DNA of 64,000 nucleotides from Candidatus Aminicenantes bacterium (GTDB lineage: Bacteria; Acidobacteriota; Aminicenantia; Aminicenantales; JAFGBC01). Every line of letters starts with the position of its first letter. Within the stretch, counting starts at the first letter, position 1. The DNA is taken from assembly GCA_963702005.1 (NCBI GenBank), contig OY969696.1, positions 2,912,001 to 2,976,000 of the forward strand. Direction: 5' to 3'. Below, piece after piece: positions 60,055-64,000 of this stretch. Under the pieces are notes generated by a model, which saw nothing but the letters and a program-made list of their open reading frames with translations, did no database searches and had not been told where the DNA came from. Made by a program: the position numbers and the translations under genes.

Positions 60055-61478
60055 ACTCCCTTCTGGCGGCCGCCCCCTTGATCGCCGTTTCGTCGGGCGC
60101 GCTCATCGCGCTTCTGGCCGACGCGTTCATCACGAGGACGAACAAGAGCCACCTGGCCGGCCTGTCCCTGTTGTCCCTCGCCGCGGCCATGGCCTTCGCG
60201 GTCATGTCCTGGGACAAGGGTTATCATTATTTTGGGGAGACGCTTCGCCTCGACAACGTCTCGATTCTTCTGTTCGGGCTCATCCTGACCCTGGGCGCCC
60301 TCATCGTCCTCATCGGCCTGAAGTCCCATTCCTCTCCCGCCCTGGTTGAAGGAGCCTTCTATCCCCTTCTTCTCCTCGCGCTCGCCGGGCTTATGGTCAT
60401 GGTCTCGACCTCCGATCTTATCGTCGTCTTCCTCGGCCTCGAGGTCCTGTCCATCTCCTGCTATGCCCTGGCCGGACTGAGGATGTCCGATCCCAAGTCC
60501 AACGAAGCGGCCGTCAAGTATTTCCTGCTGGGAAGCTTCGCCAGCGCGTTCCTGATCTTCGGGATCGCGCTCCTCTACGGAGCGGGCCGGACGACGGATA
60601 TCGCCTCGCTGGCCTCGATCGCCCGGACCGAACGGGGCTGGCTCGCTCTGGCCGGGTGGGCGTTTGTCGTCGTCGGCTTCGGCTTCAAGATCGCCCTGGT
60701 TCCCTTTCACGGCTGGGCCCCCGATGTCTACGAAGGATCTCCGACGCCGGTCACGGCCTTTTTCTCGGTCGGGCCCAAAGCCGCCGGCCTGGCCGTCCTG
60801 ATCAGGATCGCGCTGGCCGCGTCGCCCGGGACATTGCCGGGCGCGGCCTTCATGAAGCTTCTGGCCGGACTGGCCGTCCTGACCATGATCGTCGGGAACC
60901 TGACCGCGCTGCGCCAGACGAACCTCAAAAGGCTGCTGGCCTATTCGAGCATCGCCCATTCGGGATATCTTCTCCTCGCCGTCCTGGCCCGGAATGGGAC
61001 GGGCCTTCTCTTCTACCTCGCGGCCTATCTGTTCATGAACGTCGGCGCTTTCGCGACGCTCGCGGTTTTCTGTCGGAGGGCCAATGGAGAGGAGCCGGTC
61101 GAGCTCGACGATCTGGCCGGGATCGGATTCCGCTATCCTTGGATCGGAGCCTGTATGACCGTATTCCTGCTGTCCCTGGCCGGGTTTCCGCCCACGGCCG
61201 GATTCCTGGCCAAGTTTTTCGTTTTCAGCGCGGCCGTCCGCGAGGGCCAGGTCGGGCTGGTCGTCATCGCGGCCGCCGCGACGCTCGTCTCCGTTTTTTA
61301 TTATCTAAGGATCGTCGTCATCATGTACATGGCGACGCCCAAGCGCGAGACGACCGTCGACCTGGAGAATCCCGCCCTCTATCTCGTCCTCTTTGTCTGT
61401 CTCTTGGCCGTGCTGGAGCTGGGACTCTTCCCCGGCAATTTCTTGGTCCTCGTCCGCAGGGCCGCGGGCGGGCTTTGA
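60051..61478 (+). CDS. nuoN: NADH-quinone oxidoreductase subunit N
   Basis: EAAVKYFLLG, FKIALVPFH.WAPDVYEGSP, KRLLAYSSIAH, SLAGFPP.AGF. Confidence 0.96.
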   Translation: MNSLLAAAPLIAVSSGALIALLADAFITRTNKSHLAGLSLLSLAAAMAFAVMSWDKGYHYFGETLRLDNVSILLFGLILTLGALIVLIGLKSHSSPALVEGAFYPLLLLALAGLMVMVSTSDLIVVFLGLEVLSISCYALAGLRMSDPKSNEAAVKYFLLGSFASAFLIFGIALLYGAGRTTDIASLASIARTERGWLALAGWAFVVVGFGFKIALVPFHGWAPDVYEGSPTPVTAFFSVGPKAAGLAVLIRIALAASPGTLPGAAFMKLLAGLAVLTMIVGNLTALRQTNLKRLLAYSSIAHSGYLLLAVLARNGTGLLFYLAAYLFMNVGAFATLAVFCRRANGEEPVELDDLAGIGFRYPWIGACMTVFLLSLAGFPPTAGFLAKFFVFSAAVREGQVGLVVIAAAATLVSVFYYLRIVVIMYMATPKRETTVDLENPALYLVLFVCLLAVLELGLFPGNFLVLVRRAAGGL

Positions 61479-61768
61479 GGTTCGGGCTCCTTCTTATCCG
61501 GCCCGGCGGCCCGCTTTATCATGGTCCGCATGATGTCGGCCTTCTCCTCATCCTGATGCTCGATGTACCTGAACAGGTAGTAGAGCGTGATGAAGGTCGA
61601 GATGAGGCAGAGGACGATGACGACGAACGAGAGGCGGATGACGGTCCATTCCGGGTAGGTGTCCCCCTTGAGGATGTCCTCGAGGGAAAGGACGCCGAAG
61701 AGGACCGCGAGCCCGGCCAACAGAACCAGGGCTTCGCTGATCCTAGCCCAAAGTTTAAGCTTTTTCAA
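61379..61768 (-). CDS. Small two-helix membrane hypothetical protein
   Basis: TTG start after AAAGGGG and its own promoter; two hydrophobic segments; 3' end overlaps nuoN convergently by about 100 nt. Confidence 0.55.
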   Translation of the reverse strand: MKKLKLWARISEALVLLAGLAVLFGVLSLEDILKGDTYPEWTVIRLSFVVIVLCLISTFITLYYLFRYIEHQDEEKADIMRTMIKRAAGPDKKEPEPQSPPAALRTRTKKLPGKSPSSSTAKRQTKRTR

Positions 61769-61805
61769 CGGTCTAGTCCCCTTTCTCGATTGGCTTGTAG
61801 GACCG

Positions 61806-61834
61806 ATGATAAAACACGCGGGGAGCCAAGTCAA
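61806..61834 (-). promoter_or_regulatory. Promoter; -35 coincides with the end of element copy E
   Basis: TTGACT-17 nt-TATCAT. Confidence 0.7.
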
Positions 61835-61912
61835 CCCTTCGACACTCATACTAAGCCGTTTCCGGCTTAGTATGAGTACTGCAAGGCTGGGTAGCGTCGG
61901 CGAACGGGTCAA
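61830..61912. mobile_element. TTGAC-bracketed hairpin element, copy E (83 bp)
   Basis: Perfect 15-bp stem ACTCATACTAAGCCG/CGGCTTAGTATGAGT with TTTC loop; GTCAA at both ends. Confidence 0.88.
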
Positions 61913-62613
61913 CTTCCCTCACCCCGTAGGACCGGCACCCTGCGTTCACGGAGGACCAGGATGAAGAGGAAAACGGCCAGGACCAGGGCGAAATGGCACT
62001 GGATGGAGGGGAGGACGCCCTGAGGCTCCCGGAGCAGGATCCGGACGGCCAGCGAAGGCAGAACGAATCCCAGGACACCCGCCTGAAGGTCGGCCAGATG
62101 CTTGCGGATGACCGGGTCCCGCTCGCCGGCCAAGCCGGCCGTCGTCCCGAAGATGAGGACGGCCAGGCCGGACTGGTAGAAGGCCCCGAACAGGATCTCG
62201 AAGGGCGGAGAGTGGAAGTAGCGCGCGATGACCATCTGGCAGACGGACTTGGTCACGCACCCCGGCTCGATAAAGATCCAGCCGATGATCAGGGCCGCCG
62301 CTGCGAACCAGATAAGCGGCAGAGCGATAAGTCCCCGGCGGCGGGGAGAAATGAGCTGAACCATCAGCCACAGGCCGAGCGGAGGCAGCCAGCTGATATC
62401 GAAATAGGCGAGGCGCGTGAAGAGGAGGTTGGCGGGGGCGGCGCAGACGGCGACTTCGGCGAACTGATAGCCGGCCAGCAGCAGAAAGATCAGGGCCGTC
62501 GGCATCAGGATCCGCTTCCGGCCGGGACTCGTCAGCGCGAAGGCGGCGCCCAGGAATTCGAGGATGCCCGTCACGACGGCCAACAACGGCGAGTAGCCGG
62601 ATGGGAATATCAT
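61909..62613 (-). CDS. Multi-pass (about 7 TM) membrane protein of unknown function
   Basis: About seven hydrophobic helices with several Cys; ATG overlaps the stop of the TylF gene; its stop lies in element copy E. Confidence 0.75.
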   Translation of the reverse strand: MIFPSGYSPLLAVVTGILEFLGAAFALTSPGRKRILMPTALIFLLLAGYQFAEVAVCAAPANLLFTRLAYFDISWLPPLGLWLMVQLISPRRRGLIALPLIWFAAAALIIGWIFIEPGCVTKSVCQMVIARYFHSPPFEILFGAFYQSGLAVLIFGTTAGLAGERDPVIRKHLADLQAGVLGFVLPSLAVRILLREPQGVLPSIQCHFALVLAVFLFILVLRERRVPVLRGEGS

Positions 62614-63506
62614 GGCGGTTTACGCGCCTCCTCGCTTGCGTTTTGTTCTTTTCTCAACTGAACGTAGGCCGAGGCCGAGGCCAGCGGGAGGGGCCGCATC
62701 CGGGTGCCGGAAAAATAGCGATCGATCGCCAGCCTTGCTCCCAGATCGCAGACTCCATTGTAGTCATCGAACACCACGATCCCCCCGTCCGACGTCCTTG
62801 GGATCGTAAACTCGCACGCCTCGTAGGTGCCCTGATAGAGATTAGCGTCAATATGGACAAAAGCCAAATGGAGATCGCGCGCGTTCAGTTTCAGGAACGT
62901 ATCGGAAAACAATCCGGGGAGCACTTCGACCCGGTCATCGATACCGAGCGTTTCGGCCCTTTGCCGGATGATATCCACCTGGTTCTTGACGAGCGGAAAT
63001 TCGCGCTCAAAACGAAAAGGATCATACTGCGAGGGGGCCGGCATTCCTTCGAATGTATCCAGCATTAAAACCTTCTGGGAAAGGCCGTTCATCTTGCCGA
63101 GCAACGCTATGAGGAGGGCGGTCGTCCCCCAGAATGAGCCGCATTCCATCACATCGCCCGGCGCCGATCTCGCCCGCCACCAGGCGCCGGCGAGCGCTTC
63201 CGCGCGAATCGGAGGCATCGAAAAACGCGCCCCGGTCTCGGCCAGACGGGCCAAGGCGGCCTGGAAATTCGGAGTCGGCGGAAAATTCGCATAGGTCCGC
63301 GTGCGGAACTCCCTCAAAGGATTGATCAGGACCATCGGATCCGACACGGGCAGCGACAGCGAGCGGCGCTGCCGGAAATAGCGAGGGACGGCCCACAGGT
63401 AGTATTTGAGGCCGAGCTGGACGGAGCGCATTATTTTTTTTGGGATGGAGGAGGCGTAATAGGCATCCTCGAAAACGTCGGCCACGTCCTTTGCCCGTTG
63501 CCTCAA
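62610..63506 (-). CDS. TylF/MycF-family SAM-dependent O-methyltransferase
   Basis: GDVMECGSFWG, DTFEGMP, GLFSDT, FVHIDANLY, GGIVVFDDY, GAR.AID. Confidence 0.88.
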   Translation of the reverse strand: MRQRAKDVADVFEDAYYASSIPKKIMRSVQLGLKYYLWAVPRYFRQRRSLSLPVSDPMVLINPLREFRTRTYANFPPTPNFQAALARLAETGARFSMPPIRAEALAGAWWRARSAPGDVMECGSFWGTTALLIALLGKMNGLSQKVLMLDTFEGMPAPSQYDPFRFEREFPLVKNQVDIIRQRAETLGIDDRVEVLPGLFSDTFLKLNARDLHLAFVHIDANLYQGTYEACEFTIPRTSDGGIVVFDDYNGVCDLGARLAIDRYFSGTRMRPLPLASASAYVQLRKEQNASEEARKPP

Positions 63507-63622
63507 AGTCCCGCCCGGATCATGTTATTGGCGCTGAAGGCAGTCTTCTTTTCGAGTTCTTTTCTCGTCTCCCGCTTTTCGGCCCGCCCTGATTCATGAA
63601 GATTGATCGCGAGGCGAGACTT

Positions 63623-63651
63623 ACTCTATCGCCGGGGAGGATCGATGTCAA
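63623..63651 (-). promoter_or_regulatory. Promoter of the TylF gene; -35 coincides with the end of element copy F
   Basis: TTGACA-17 nt-TAGAGT. Confidence 0.65.
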
Positions 63652-63907
63652 CCCCTCGACTCCCCGGCCGAAGCTCCACGGACTAATGCTCATTGGAGCG
63701 CCAGTACTCATGAACCGTTTCCGGTTCATGAGTGCATGAATGCCAGGGCTTGTTCGGGGTTAACCCTGAGCCCACTCAGCCCCATCCCGTCCAAAAGGGC
63801 TGAGTACAAAAGTGTCGCTTCTCGTCCCCGCCTTTCAGGGCGGCACCCACGAACCGTTCCCGGTTCATGAGTACTGCAAGGCTGGGTGGCGTCAGCGAAC
63901 GGGTCAA
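63647..63907. mobile_element. TTGAC-bracketed hairpin element, copy F (261 bp, compound)
   Basis: Same ends as the other copies; two variant cores (ACTCATGAACCG-TTTC-CGGTTCATGAGT), GGGTTAACCCTGAG and CCGCCTTTCAGGGCGG modules. Confidence 0.85.
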
Positions 63908-64000
63908 GAACGCCGGGACGCCTCGGCCACCTTCTTCGCCGGATAGCCCACGCTCTGGGCGAACAGGACGCGCTGTTCCGGACGCAGCTTGAATTCCTTG
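63904..64000 (-). CDS. Nitroreductase/SagB-family protein, 3' end only
   Basis: KEFKLRPEQRVLFAQSVGYPAKK...*; AQSVGYP is typical of this fold's C-terminus; stop lies in the TTGAC of copy F. Confidence 0.6.
   Translation of the reverse strand, partial: KEFKLRPEQRVLFAQSVGYPAKKVAEASRRS

Overview
GC-rich bacterial chromosomal segment of about 50 genes. The gene style (TPR-sulfatase, PKD proteins, small outer-membrane beta-barrels, A2M-pbpC, HypD) suggests an anaerobic, peptide-degrading diderm such as Aminicenantia/Acidobacteriota; that assignment is inference only. Housekeeping and metabolic genes include plsY-gpsA, metK-ahcY, ftcD, znuABC, pepD, pepP, alpha-2-macroglobulin-pbpC, ridA, hydantoinase/oxoprolinase A/B, a GntR-activase-HypD glycyl-radical operon, a fused serine dehydratase, initiator tRNA-Met and a stand-alone nuoJKLMN operon. 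There is one complete 1350-bp IS with a 5-bp target duplication. The most striking signal is non-coding: six 75-261 bp modular hairpin elements, each bracketed by TTGAC direct repeats. One TTGAC forms the -35 box of a well-spaced sigma70 promoter in 5 of 6 copies, and the other contains the TGA stop codon of the upstream gene in 4 of 6. This looks like a non-autonomous element that targets -35 boxes without breaking them. Other observations are an M16B pair with no zinc motif, three hollowed-out gene relics, several leaderless promoters, and two homopolymer frameshifts (ahcY, znuC) that are probably sequencing errors.
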